Below are positions 25,526-36,310 of a stretch of 64,000 nucleotides of DNA, piece by piece. How positions within the stretch are numbered: position 1 is the stretch's first letter; every line of letters starts with the position of its first letter. The stretch lies in contig JADEYG010000004.1 of assembly GCA_016906335.1 (NCBI GenBank), positions 1,054,001 to 1,118,000 on the forward strand, written 5' to 3'. This DNA is from Novakomyces olei. Its lineage: Eukaryota. Below the pieces are notes generated by a model. It did not search any database, had not been told where the DNA came from, and saw only the letters and a program-made list of their open reading frames with translations. Made by a program: the position numbers and the translations under genes.

Positions 25526-26935
25526 ATGGGAAAACAAAAGCCGGCCAGCTCGGCGGCAATGGCGGCAGCACATTCGTCTTCGAAAACCGCTAATGAAACC
25601 GCCGCGTCCTCTCTAACTGCAGTATGGCCGGACTCGCTAAAAGCATATGTCGGTAGATGCTTTGAAGCAGCCATCGATCTGGACGACGAGGCCCGTAGCG
25701 TGCTGGAAACACGGCTAAAAAAGCTGATAGCTGACGCGGTCGAACATGACGTCCTATGGGCCATCGATTGGGACAAGAAGCCAACATTAACGCAGATTGA
25801 AAGTGACCATAAAAATGCTACATTAAAGGCAGCCGTGGATCAAAGTTTAAATAATGGTAAAGACAAGGTAAAGACGGGTGAGCGTAAAACGGGGTCTGAA
25901 ACGAAGAAAACCTCGCTTTTTGAGGGTAATTATAGCCAAGCACAGAAAGCCCCGCTTTCAAAACGGCCGACTGACCTGCTTTCTTCCGAGTCCCCTCAGC
26001 GACTGGAAAAACGGTCCAAACGGTTCGAGTCTCCTCCGCCAAAGAGCAATAACGATGGACAGATAAATTCGGCTTGGCAAGAGGTCCCAGTATTGCCTCA
26101 GACAGGAGAAAATGGAGCCATCGTCGGTCGGAGTCAAGTATTGGAAAAACGGTACCTCCGTTTGACGTCAGAGCCAGATCCTTCCACGGTTCGACCCTTG
26201 AATGTACTTGAGAAAACAATGGCACTGCTGCTGGAAAAATGGCACTCTCAGCACAACTACAATTATATATGTGATCAGCTTAAAAGTGTGCGCCAGGACC
26301 TTACAGTGCAGCGCATACGTAATGCTTTCACTGTTTACGTGTATGAAACTCATGCTCGTATTGCTTTGCAAAAGGGCGATTTAGGTGAGTTTAATCAGTG
26401 TCAAACTCAGCTGCCTTCACTGTACGCTCTGGACGCCACGTGGGGATCGCCTCGTGAGTTTCTTGCTTACCGTGTTCTTTACGCGTTACATACGCGTAAC
26501 AGAAACATGATTGACAGTATTCTGATAGGTCTCAGCCCAAGTGATGAGTCTGATACTGCTGTTGCTCACGCCTTGTCCGTCCGCAAAGCTATTGCCGAGA
26601 GCAATTTTCACCAAACTTTATGTGTTTTGTACCCTTCGTGCCCGGGACTGGGCCGGTACCTTATGGACTGTTTTATGGACCGTGAACGAACACTGGCTCT
26701 GTGTGTAATGGCAAAAGCCTATCGTCCATCGCTGCCCTTGGATTATATTGTACATGAATTAGGGTTCGCCTTTAGCGATGGCGAAAAGTCGCCTTTTGAG
26801 CAGTGCATAGACTACTTGAGGGAGAAGCAGTGTATCTTGGATCAGGACAAAGTGATGATGTGCAAGGAAAGTATGGCGCCGCTCGAAGAGGCACATAAAC
26901 GGTATACAAAGGTTGATATCAAGGGACAGGTTTGA
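25526..26935 (+). CDS. thp3: SAC3/GANP/THP3 family protein (Thp3/LENG8-like)
   Basis: IVGRSQVLEKRYLRLTSEPDPSTVRP, YICDQLKSVRQDLTVQRI, VYETHARIAL..GDLGEFNQCQTQL, C-terminal KVDIKGQV. Confidence 0.93.
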   Translation: MGKQKPASSAAMAAAHSSSKTANETAASSLTAVWPDSLKAYVGRCFEAAIDLDDEARSVLETRLKKLIADAVEHDVLWAIDWDKKPTLTQIESDHKNATLKAAVDQSLNNGKDKVKTGERKTGSETKKTSLFEGNYSQAQKAPLSKRPTDLLSSESPQRLEKRSKRFESPPPKSNNDGQINSAWQEVPVLPQTGENGAIVGRSQVLEKRYLRLTSEPDPSTVRPLNVLEKTMALLLEKWHSQHNYNYICDQLKSVRQDLTVQRIRNAFTVYVYETHARIALQKGDLGEFNQCQTQLPSLYALDATWGSPREFLAYRVLYALHTRNRNMIDSILIGLSPSDESDTAVAHALSVRKAIAESNFHQTLCVLYPSCPGLGRYLMDCFMDRERTLALCVMAKAYRPSLPLDYIVHELGFAFSDGEKSPFEQCIDYLREKQCILDQDKVMMCKESMAPLEEAHKRYTKVDIKGQV

Positions 26936-27263
26936 CGATAGAGTGGGCGTGCATTATCATGTCAGTAGGAGAATATACAAAACAAAGTACTAGACAACTC
27001 TAGAGCACTACTTTAAGTATCCATAATAGTACCCCAAATATTCAGGCTGGGCAAGACCATGTCACAGCTTACAAATGCGGCGATGCTCGCGTATACGAAA
27101 TTTATTATTATTCCGAGTGAAAACCAATTGTCCCCTTGAACCAACGCAACCCAACTCCATACAAACGACAAGAAAACGACTAGAAAACGACAAGAAAGGC
27201 CATTTAATTTATAAATAAAAACCAAAATAATGATAATGACAACTTGAACAATTGGCACAAGAG

Positions 27264-27889
27264 CTACACAACAGCCAGCACCATCATCTGAGCGTGCCGA
27301 TTCTATTAGTCAGTGGTCGTCTGCCAATAAGATCGCTTACCGGCCCATAGAAATCGCGTCGCAGCTGTTTCGTCTTGAACCCGTGTCGCTTGTAGAAAGC
27401 AAACGCGAGCATATTAGCAGCGTCGACTTCGAGGTAGAGCAACGATGCTTTCATGTTTTGTAAGACCGCCTGTGCGGATTAGCAAGACTCCTAGAAACAG
27501 AAAACCGTAAATACGGCATTTGCACTCACGTCGAGCAAGAGGGCTCCAATCCCGCGGCCGCGGCGGTCGGGCGCGACTATAAGAGACAGCAAATGCGCTT
27601 CGCCATTGGCTTCAGCGCGGCAAGTAGCGCAGCCGACAATACGGCCGCAGTCTTCAGCGACTACTGCAAAATGCTGCGGCAGCAGAACGCACTGTATGAA
27701 AAAAGCCGGTCGTAAAGCCATTCGGCCTCGGCCGTGTAGGCCGCTGACGTCGTGAGCGTCATTGCTCCGAAGCCGCCGGAGAGAGACTCTTGTCTGCGGG
27801 ATTATCTGCGGGGCCAATACGAGAACGTCACGGCCCGGCCGAATCGTGGATCGAAACTCTTCAAAGGAGCAGGGCAAGACCTGTGCCAT
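27264..27889 (-). CDS. GNAT N-acetyltransferase (RimI/NAT-like), 3 exons
   Basis: Exons 27889-27530, 27469-27341, 27302-27264. Motifs HLLSLIVAPDRRGRGIGALLL (acetyl-CoA motif A), LYLEVDAANMLAFAFYKRHGF, RRDFYGPNRHAQMMVL*. Confidence 0.88.
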
Positions 27890-28008
27890 TTATACGGAGG
27901 CTCTGAACTGCTACTAATTGTCTAATGCAGCCGTGAGCCATGGGCAGTACACGTGTATCGGAATTGCTAGAGTCGGCCAGGCAATGGATGGCTCAGGGCG
28001 GTTTAAGC

Positions 28009-28016
28009 TTTTTATA
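28009..28016 (-). promoter_or_regulatory. TATA box of the GNAT gene
   Basis: TATAAAAA on the minus strand about 120 bp upstream of ATG 27889, isolated in GC-rich context. Confidence 0.45.
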
Positions 28017-28792
28017 CACCGCTGTCACTATTTGTGGGGGGCCGGGTGGTTTCGCTCCGGCAGTGTTTAGTCACGTTGTGCCTGGCGCGGGTGATGGGAG
28101 ATTATTGGCTGAGGGGATGTCTCGGGAGATCCCGGGATTAGTTCTGACGGGTAAGTAAGATCAGCGTGCAATGGTCCAGTCCATCCTCCTGCTACAGCAT
28201 TACTTGAATATCGTCTGAGCTTGTAATACACAGCCGATACTGGGATTTAGCGGCGCTGCAAACTCTAAATAATTAAAATATATATATATACATGAAAATA
28301 TATGGGTATATATGTGTATAAATATATGAAAATATACCTGTATATATATACATGAAAAATACATGAAAAATAAATGAATATATATATATATCACAAGAGA
28401 ATATCCGCCGGCTTTAGCTAGGGTACAGCGTGCACATTGGTAATAGAATAAAAGGCCGCAATTTCAGAGTCAAGTTCATACGTAATGCAAGTCCACTCGA
28501 TTTTCAAGAGATCTTTCCAAAGTACCTGTCATTGATTGGGCCTAGACAATGGGCGCCCTTAATGGCATGTTTACTTCATTATGCACACAAGTAATTTACT
28601 TAACCGACCAGGGATCGACGCTGCCACTATTCTACAGGGAAAAGCCTAATTGCAGGCCAATTATTTTCGCTTTAATTAGCAGAAACTTCCAAACATGAGG
28701 CAAAGGCCGAAAGATAATATAAATAGATAGGTAGAAGTTTTAAATACAATTGACAGGAAAAAAGCCCCAGCTCAAGACCCCTTGAGCCCTAA

Positions 28793-30688
28793 TCATCCTG
28801 AACCTGAAGCGGCAGCGGTAAACTCGAAATCGCGGTCAACCACCATTGAGGCAACGGCACTAGACATGAGTGTGGCAAGAACGCCACTGACAAAAGCACT
28901 CGGAGCAATTTTTGCAAATTCCCGAGAGCGTCCCGGTGCAATTTGACGAAAGATACTAATCTGTGTGGCGATACTGCCTAAATTACCGAACCCGCAAACA
29001 CTATAGGCGGCAATTACTTTGCCACGGTTAGATAGACCCATGTACATTGCGTCGGTTGTGAGTGTGGTAAAGGCGACAAACTCATTCTGAATGACTTTGA
29101 TGCCGATCAAGCGAGCAATCGGGTACAGTTCATCACGTGGAGCCCCGAGCAAAAAGGCCACGGGGTAAAACAAATAGCCGAGAATGAATTCGAGCCCAAA
29201 GCGTTGCCGGGACGAGCCTTCACCGATATACCCCCAACCAAGGTAGCGGGCAAACCAGTAAAGGATACCGTTTACCAGGGCAACCGTGGCTATGATTACA
29301 AGCAATACAGACATGATCATAACGGCCACCTTAAGACCGAGCCAGGCCCCGTTCGTTAACGCGTGTAGGAAATTAACGGGCCGTCCATCATCGTTCGGAT
29401 CTTCAGGAACAACACATTGCCCATCTGTTACACGTTCTTGCGTCTCCGGGTACCGAATTTTACTGACCGCGATGCTCGCTGGGATAGACATCACACACGA
29501 AGAAAGCAAGACTGACGCGTCAATACCGAGACCCACGTAAGCAACAAACACGCTACCGGCAATTGTAGCGAACCCTGATGTCATAATCTGATGGATCTCG
29601 GCAGTTGTAAGTCGTGGAACAAAAGGCTTGATCAGAATAGCATTCTCGCCCTGGCCAATAAAAGGCGCTGCTGCTGCTGCCACGCTCTCGGCTCCAGACA
29701 AGCCCATGCACCAAAAGAAGAAGACAGAGAATTTACCAATGAACCATTGCAGAGCGCCCAGGAAGTACAGCATTTGTACCAAGGCAACAAAGAAAATAAT
29801 GGGCGGGAGCACACTAATCATGAACCAGCCCACGTTTGGCACAGAGGAATCGGTAAGGAACACGATACCATCGCTGGCAAATCCGAGCAGCTCACGCGCA
29901 AGTGTGGAGATAAAGTTGAAAATGTCAAATCCCACTTGTGTGCGCAAAACAAAAAGCGCAATAATGATCTGCATAATCAATCCGATCTGCACAGGTCGCC
30001 ACGATATGCTTTGCCGAGAATGTGAAGTGGCGTAAAGTCCGGCCACGAAGACAAGCAGTCCGAAAAGGGAAACTGCTCGATTGGCACGCGTATTATTCAG
30101 GCGCTCCGGAGACGCCATTGACGCGACGACTAGCGTTGCCACGGTTACCAGGGCGCCAATATAATTTCGGTACTGCGGTGGAACGCGGTCACGTGCAGCC
30201 ACAGCAGTGTGCTGCCATACAAATTTGACGGGACGCGATACGTAAGTGAATGGCACATGAACAAATATAAAGCGCAGTGTGACAAACAGCCATAAAAGAA
30301 AGGGAAAAACCCAGGGCAGTGGATTCCGAGTTTGAGGATTGTGCAGAACAAGGCCAGCCACCCACCAGGCTGTGAATACAGACCACGCTGCGATATGAAT
30401 ATATATTCGATAGCGCACATAAAGACGTTGCGGTAAGCTGTACGTTACTTCTTCATATTCTGCGTCATCAATCGTAGAACTGCGACCGGCTGCTTCAAGC
30501 TGACGAGGCGTTGGTGACCCTTGTTTCTCGTCGGGTTTCCATTCGTTACTCGATACTTCTTTTTGTGTCTGTTGCCAATCGGCTCCAGACTTTTCCCACG
30601 TTGTGCTTTGGTTGCTTTTGTAAATTTGCTCCACACCATCGCCTTCATTAACTGTAATTTCGTCCATCTGCTCTCGATTCTGAGTCAT
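28793..30688 (-). CDS. Concentrative H+/nucleoside cotransporter (CNT/SLC28)
   Basis: VLPPIIFF, SGAESV..AAAPFIGQGE, MTSGFATIAGSV, KVIQNEFVAF, CGFGNLGS. Probable 5'UTR intron 30850-30694. Confidence 0.96.
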   Translation of the reverse strand: MTQNREQMDEITVNEGDGVEQIYKSNQSTTWEKSGADWQQTQKEVSSNEWKPDEKQGSPTPRQLEAAGRSSTIDDAEYEEVTYSLPQRLYVRYRIYIHIAAWSVFTAWWVAGLVLHNPQTRNPLPWVFPFLLWLFVTLRFIFVHVPFTYVSRPVKFVWQHTAVAARDRVPPQYRNYIGALVTVATLVVASMASPERLNNTRANRAVSLFGLLVFVAGLYATSHSRQSISWRPVQIGLIMQIIIALFVLRTQVGFDIFNFISTLARELLGFASDGIVFLTDSSVPNVGWFMISVLPPIIFFVALVQMLYFLGALQWFIGKFSVFFFWCMGLSGAESVAAAAAPFIGQGENAILIKPFVPRLTTAEIHQIMTSGFATIAGSVFVAYVGLGIDASVLLSSCVMSIPASIAVSKIRYPETQERVTDGQCVVPEDPNDDGRPVNFLHALTNGAWLGLKVAVMIMSVLLVIIATVALVNGILYWFARYLGWGYIGEGSSRQRFGLEFILGYLFYPVAFLLGAPRDELYPIARLIGIKVIQNEFVAFTTLTTDAMYMGLSNRGKVIAAYSVCGFGNLGSIATQISIFRQIAPGRSREFAKIAPSAFVSGVLATLMSSAVASMVVDRDFEFTAAASGSG

Positions 30689-31003
30689 ATTATCTATACA
30701 ATTGTCACAATGGTTTTGGTTGCTGCTGTATATGTCTTTTTAATAATCCATACTCTAAATCAGACTCTTTCCTTCACCAATTTGTATTGCTGCAAAATGC
30801 AGAAAATCTTCAATCCAATCTCACTGTAATGTAAAGAATTTGTACCTCACCTTTCAGGCGATTTCGTCCAATTGAATGACGTTACAGGGACTTAGTAAAA
30901 TAATTCACTGACTGTTGAGTAAACCCCACCTTTAAACCTGCAATTTTTGACCTTTGCTCTTTGATATCTCCTCAATTTGATTTCCACTTTCACAGAAATT
31001 ATT

Positions 31004-31809
31004 ATTATCTCTAAAACCCTTTCTTTTCTCTACTTTTTCTCACTGGCGTATGGTTATACGAAATTATCCTCAACTCAAAAGTTCCGCCACCGTTTACATT
31101 TATATATTCATTTACTTTTCTTCTTTTTTTTTAAATGGAACAGCTTATAATTATGCTTATCCGCTTATCATCGTTCTTTCTCGCTTATTTTTAGACTACA
31201 CTTAAAATAAAATATTCCGTTTGGGCAGTCGTTCCGTTGGTTCGACGGAATTTATTACAAAAACGCTTCCAAATTTTTAGTCGTAGCACACGTCTTTATC
31301 TCACCTCTGCCGACTCCGCAACTTTTATGTAAGCAAGGCGGTTATCGAGGATTTGAGTCGGCGTTTATTCCATGGTCTGCCGACCAACTAGTAAACGAGC
31401 GTAAAGTGACGTCAATAAGGCAAGACAGCTTAGTGCAATGCCGTTAAACACAAACTTTGTTTTCGTTTCTGAAGTATTGCAATTCCATTTGTAACACAAG
31501 TTTGGAGAACGGAATGATTAAAACTAAAGAATTGCCTATACCAAAATGCAATATGTTTAAAACGTTAATTTTTACAAGAATCTGATTTATGTTCAATTAC
31601 TTCTCTGATTCTCTTCATAGTCACTGTTTTCCTTGTGTAACATGCCTTTAGTTAACTGATAACATTATCTTTTATCAGTGCCCAAAGTCTTTCCATTCAC
31701 TTCTTTTGTTTTTATCTCTGTTCTTCGTATCAATGCGTATAATTAGTAATCTGCCCCTCTTTTCGCTTATTTGTTTATCGGTACACGGAGCATGGCTTTC
31801 TCGCTTATC
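31004..31809. promoter_or_regulatory. Cluster of GATAA elements upstream of CNT
   Basis: TTATC/GATAA near 31004, 31063, 31156, 31164, 31295, 31341, 31658, 31664, 31671, 31711, 31774, 31804. Confidence 0.65.
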
Positions 31810-33022
31810 ATGCTCTTCTCGTCGTCCAGTCTATTTTCTGCATTTTGCAAGCTTTGCTATTACAAAACGCCATTAGTTCATCCGAGAAAGATACGACCTT
31901 TTCGCTGAAACAGGGCTGGTAGTTCCAGTTTGTGGTCCTGTAGCAAAGATACTTCTATAATAAAGATACGTGGGCACAACGGGACGGTTGGCTTGTTGCG
32001 GTTGCTCAGAATAGTTGATTCAAATCTGTTTTATAAACCTATGCTTGCTATTAAAACGACTCAAAATCGGCTGCACGACTTTTATGTTGTATGCTTGTAA
32101 TAAATTGTCTTAATATATCCGTGTACCAATTAATTTTGATTCTACAATTCCGGGACTGCAGAGACAATCAGGATGCGAACAAATCAAAAGCAATAAGAAA
32201 ATAGGGAAAAAATTGAGAAAAATCAGGAAAAAAATAATATTCATTAATATTAAAAGTAAAATAAACCGGGCGTATTTTGGCCTCATGTTTTTGTGTACCC
32301 TTCGACAAAAAACGAATAACGATTGGTCCATGAGTTGGGACCACGGAGGCGCTTGACTTGGCGGATACGCCATGTCTTAATAAACGATCACTAATAAGAG
32401 ATCAGACAATATTTTTTAATTGAGAAGGTTGTTCATTGATTTAAAGCCGGGGTAATAATCACAAATGTAATATAACACTGTTTTGACATTGAAAACAATG
32501 CCGAAGGTGAGAAAAGGTGTCAGGAATACAAGATTCAATTAAAGGGTTAATCAGGGTAAAGGAAATCATACTGGTTTTGGTATGCAGTGGAATGTATTAT
32601 GGTTTAAATAGGCATTTATATACATACATGAGAGCAAGTAGAAAAGCCCAATCTTCGATTTCAGATTTATATATATTTATTGACTAAGCTTGAAACAAAC
32701 TACCAAACAAAGTTGGATAATAATAAAGGCAAATGGTGGAGAAGAGCGACTATAAAGTGGCAGATATATTTTGTAATTACAATTTTGGATATAAATTATT
32801 TAGGTATACAACAGCAAATACCTCTCATAGCTCCTGCGGCCTGTTTCTTCCCAGGCCTAACCGTTGAAGAGACAAACGGGTCCAGTAGTAAACCACTTCC
32901 TTGTTCCATAATCAGTTCTTATCGGCATTTTATTTGGAATTCCTAATGTAATTGAAATGGGTACAATCCTCTTTTATTAATGACTTTTTATTCTTATTTG
33001 AATTCTTTCAAAAATGTACTGA

Positions 33023-36000
33023 TCAACTGCCTATCAAGGCGTAATCAGTCATGGCAGCAATCCTCTCGCTTGTCAATTTAAGCCCTACACGGTACAGCTC
33101 AGCTCGTTCTTCCACTGATCGAGTCTCGAGAGTAGCGCGATCAAGTCTCCACAAAACGCAGTCCGTATCCGTGACGACCATAGCAGTTCGCCTTGTATCG
33201 CTCAAGAAAGGTAGTTCACCCACAATTGTGCCCGCCACAATATGCTCATCCATCCCACGTTGCTCTGGTTGATTGCTGCGCAGACCCTGAGTATCGACGT
33301 CCAGCACATACGAAGCACAAACGATCCCGTCTTCGACCAAATACATCTCCTTGGCGGGGTCTCCTTGCCTGTAAAGCAGAGTATTCGCCGGCAGACTGAC
33401 CCGTGTAAAGGCCTCTTTAGCCAGTCGGATCCAAAACTCTATAGGTTGGTCCGACAGGCCATTGACGAGCTGCAGTACCAGCGGCACCGGCTGAGGAAAA
33501 GTTGATATTATTGAATTAGGGTTAGGGTTAGGGTCATTTCTGGGAGAATTATACCCACTTTTTTGGCCGTTCATGGACAGCGTGGATACAGCAGCCCGGC
33601 GCAGGTTAGCTTCACGCGGCGATCCAATAGCAGCAAGCTGTGATGAGAAATGCTGAGCAGCTGTGTGAGATCTGGCCGATTGTTCGGGCACTGGAGCTGG
33701 CTTTGAAGGATTATCGGCTGTCGATGCGTGTTGCAAATCCTTTTTGGACGCATTTGGTGGCACAGACACAAAAGAGCTTTGATTTGACGGCGGTAAAGGC
33801 CTAGATGTTGAGGATTGAATAGTAGAATTAGCGACATAACGTATGTTCGCCAGCTGCAGGAGATAATTTTCACAGGCTTCCAGGGCCATATTTAAGTTGA
33901 GAAAGGCAATCGTTTCATCGTCCCTCAATCCGGTTTCAATATCGCCATAATTAAAATTATTTGCCTCGCTGATTAGCCCCACACTGGTAAGAGCGCTGCT
34001 GATTTCTCCCTCTGTATCAATCCCACAAAAAAGCATTCGTACTTGCCTCGTTGCCAGGATCCGCTTCATCCTGACAAAAGCTTCAGCTGCCGAGAAATCC
34101 AGACCAGAAACAAGCTTACAATCAAGGATCAAGAACCTTATAGGCTTACGCTGGAAATTTCTGTCCTCTACTAAATGCCTTATCTGCTTTTCCACTCCGG
34201 AAATCGTCCCAAAAAACATATAACCCCCGAGTCGACAAACAGCAATTTGATCCCCAACTTGGGCTAAGAATTTCTGTTGAAAGGGCGGACGCCTAACCGT
34301 TGATTTTGCATGAGTTCCATAAAAAAGCGTGCGTACAGGATGACGCCGTGAGGCCTGTATGACAAAAAACACACAGGCCAGAATAATACCAATAAGAATA
34401 CCGTAAACAAAGTCCCATAGTCCCATGAAAAGAACAATGGCAACTACAGTAAGGTACTCCATTTGGTGCAATCTGCCCCACGTATCCACTACCGCCTCCT
34501 TGAGCAGCTCAATGCCCAGCAAAAATATTAGGGCACCGACAAGCATTACTGGAATAAATCCAATAATTGAAGGACCAATATACATAACAATAGCAGTTGC
34601 TCCGGCTAACAGGACACCAGCACTGCGTGCATTGCCGCCGCAGCGAATGAATAGGAGACTGTTTGAATAAACGAGATAGTTCTGTACTGAACCCAAACCG
34701 CCGCTCAGCGTATTGCTTATGCCATGAGCAAAAAGCTCGCGATTAAGAGAGATTGAATCCTCGCCGGTGGAAAGAGCCAGGGAGGGAACATTGATGGGGA
34801 CATGCAAGATTGCAAAGAAAGTGACGGCAAACATGGCCGGCACGGTTTGCAAAAGTGCCTCGCCATCAATAGCGGAAAACTTGTAAAAAGAATAAAAATG
34901 GTACCAAGCGGCTTTTGTCTGTGGGGCTTTGAAAATCCATCCAGCCTGACGCAGCGAATCCAGATTGACACTGGCCGGTAATAAAAACACTATAAAATAA
35001 AAGACAATCGGGACAACACAGAAATAAAGCGGCAAGATCATTGGATGAGCAATGAAATGCTGAATCGTTTCGAGCACAATTGCCAGCAAAAGCGGTATGG
35101 CCCAGAGAGGGATGGTTTGGGATAATTGCTCCCATGTATCCCTGTTAAACTCAATACTGTGAGTCATTCGTGCACTAACTTCGAAGCCTGTCAACATCAG
35201 AAAAAGACCTACTCCACCCACGCAACCAACGAGAATATGACGCGGGAAAAAGTTAATTAATCTGCCCAATTTTAATGCTCCCAAAGCGAGGAAGACGAGG
35301 CCCGTTAAGATTGAGGAGAGGGCAAAGGCAGTAATCGTCGTTGCCAGTACCGCGTCTCTATTATCTTCACCGATATGTTCAACTACAGAAAAAGCCATTT
35401 GATGGAAAAAGGGCACAACCTCAATCATCTCCGATCCAACTGCACCCTTGAACTGTGACGCTCCGAGGGAGAAAACCAGTTGGGATATTATTGTGCTCAC
35501 GTAAAATATGGAAATGCCTTCGCCCTCGAGTCCGGCAAACACGGCGGAGCCGAGAGGAAAAAGGATCATTCCGTAAGACAACGCATCCAAGATGTTAAGC
35601 AATAGTCCGAGCAAAACCGCGGGCAGTTTTGCCGCCAAGCTTCCGCCTCCATGTAACAGGGTATTAACAAAATGGCGCGGCTTCATTTCTCCCCATGTCA
35701 AATGAGGTTTCATCCATCTTGGACGACGCGTAAGCGCTGGCCACTGAGAAAATTGTGCTTGATTTTGTTGACCTGAACCGGATCCATAGTGACTACTTTC
35801 ATTCTCACCTCGATCCGCCAAATCTTCATCATTATTAGCATTAGTATTGCTAGCAGCTTTTTGCGATTTGCGCGCATGCGTACCCGGGGAGTCAGGATTA
35901 TCCGTAAAAATAATCTGAGGCTCAGCTGATTCTGTGCTGGCTGAAGAAGAAGGTGTAAGCGCTCTTGTCTCATTACCACCAACTGCCCTTCTACTTGAAC

Positions 36001-36310
36001 TTCCATCGCCAATTGCACTGCTTTTATTATTATTACCGCCAGAATTAAGACCAGTATTTGTCGTTTTTAAAAGCTGGCTAAGCTCACTGCGATTAGTGCC
36101 GCTCTGAGAATCAGACGTCGCTGGAGCAAATTGGACATTTGCTCCACTCTGCGAGTCCATCAGCGGAGACGAAGCCGGACCATGAGTTTTCCGACTTTGC
36201 AGTGATGTACTGTTCTGCACAAATGTGGCAGCTAGACGTGCACTGTCTGCACGTACAGAAGCTCCTTCGATGCCAAGTGCCCGAGGCGGTGTTTCCCTCG
36301 AAGCTGACAT
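33023..36310 (-). CDS. SLC26/SulP transporter with STAS and cNMP-binding-like domains (Vsb1/YGR125W-like)
   Basis: PAVLLGLLLNILDALSYGMILFP, GSEMIEVVPFFH, LHVPINVP, STAS segment LGGYMFFGTI...LDFSAAEAF, C-terminal GELPF. ATG at 36310. Confidence 0.92.
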   Translation of the reverse strand: MSASRETPPRALGIEGASVRADSARLAATFVQNSTSLQSRKTHGPASSPLMDSQSGANVQFAPATSDSQSGTNRSELSQLLKTTNTGLNSGGNNNKSSAIGDGSSSRRAVGGNETRALTPSSSASTESAEPQIIFTDNPDSPGTHARKSQKAASNTNANNDEDLADRGENESSHYGSGSGQQNQAQFSQWPALTRRPRWMKPHLTWGEMKPRHFVNTLLHGGGSLAAKLPAVLLGLLLNILDALSYGMILFPLGSAVFAGLEGEGISIFYVSTIISQLVFSLGASQFKGAVGSEMIEVVPFFHQMAFSVVEHIGEDNRDAVLATTITAFALSSILTGLVFLALGALKLGRLINFFPRHILVGCVGGVGLFLMLTGFEVSARMTHSIEFNRDTWEQLSQTIPLWAIPLLLAIVLETIQHFIAHPMILPLYFCVVPIVFYFIVFLLPASVNLDSLRQAGWIFKAPQTKAAWYHFYSFYKFSAIDGEALLQTVPAMFAVTFFAILHVPINVPSLALSTGEDSISLNRELFAHGISNTLSGGLGSVQNYLVYSNSLLFIRCGGNARSAGVLLAGATAIVMYIGPSIIGFIPVMLVGALIFLLGIELLKEAVVDTWGRLHQMEYLTVVAIVLFMGLWDFVYGILIGIILACVFFVIQASRRHPVRTLFYGTHAKSTVRRPPFQQKFLAQVGDQIAVCRLGGYMFFGTISGVEKQIRHLVEDRNFQRKPIRFLILDCKLVSGLDFSAAEAFVRMKRILATRQVRMLFCGIDTEGEISSALTSVGLISEANNFNYGDIETGLRDDETIAFLNLNMALEACENYLLQLANIRYVANSTIQSSTSRPLPPSNQSSFVSVPPNASKKDLQHASTADNPSKPAPVPEQSARSHTAAQHFSSQLAAIGSPREANLRRAAVSTLSMNGQKSGYNSPRNDPNPNPNSIISTFPQPVPLVLQLVNGLSDQPIEFWIRLAKEAFTRVSLPANTLLYRQGDPAKEMYLVEDGIVCASYVLDVDTQGLRSNQPEQRGMDEHIVAGTIVGELPFLSDTRRTAMVVTDTDCVLWRLDRATLETRSVEERAELYRVGLKLTSERIAAMTDYALIGS

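Noticed and set aside
27940..28225. Small plus-strand ORF with a GTAAGT donor and possible second exon
   Set aside because: It starts 50 bp from the GNAT ATG and overlaps that gene's TATA promoter; no recognisable motif.
33516..33533. (TTAGGG)3 as an interstitial telomere
   Set aside because: Only three units, in frame inside the SLC26 CDS where it encodes PNPNPN.
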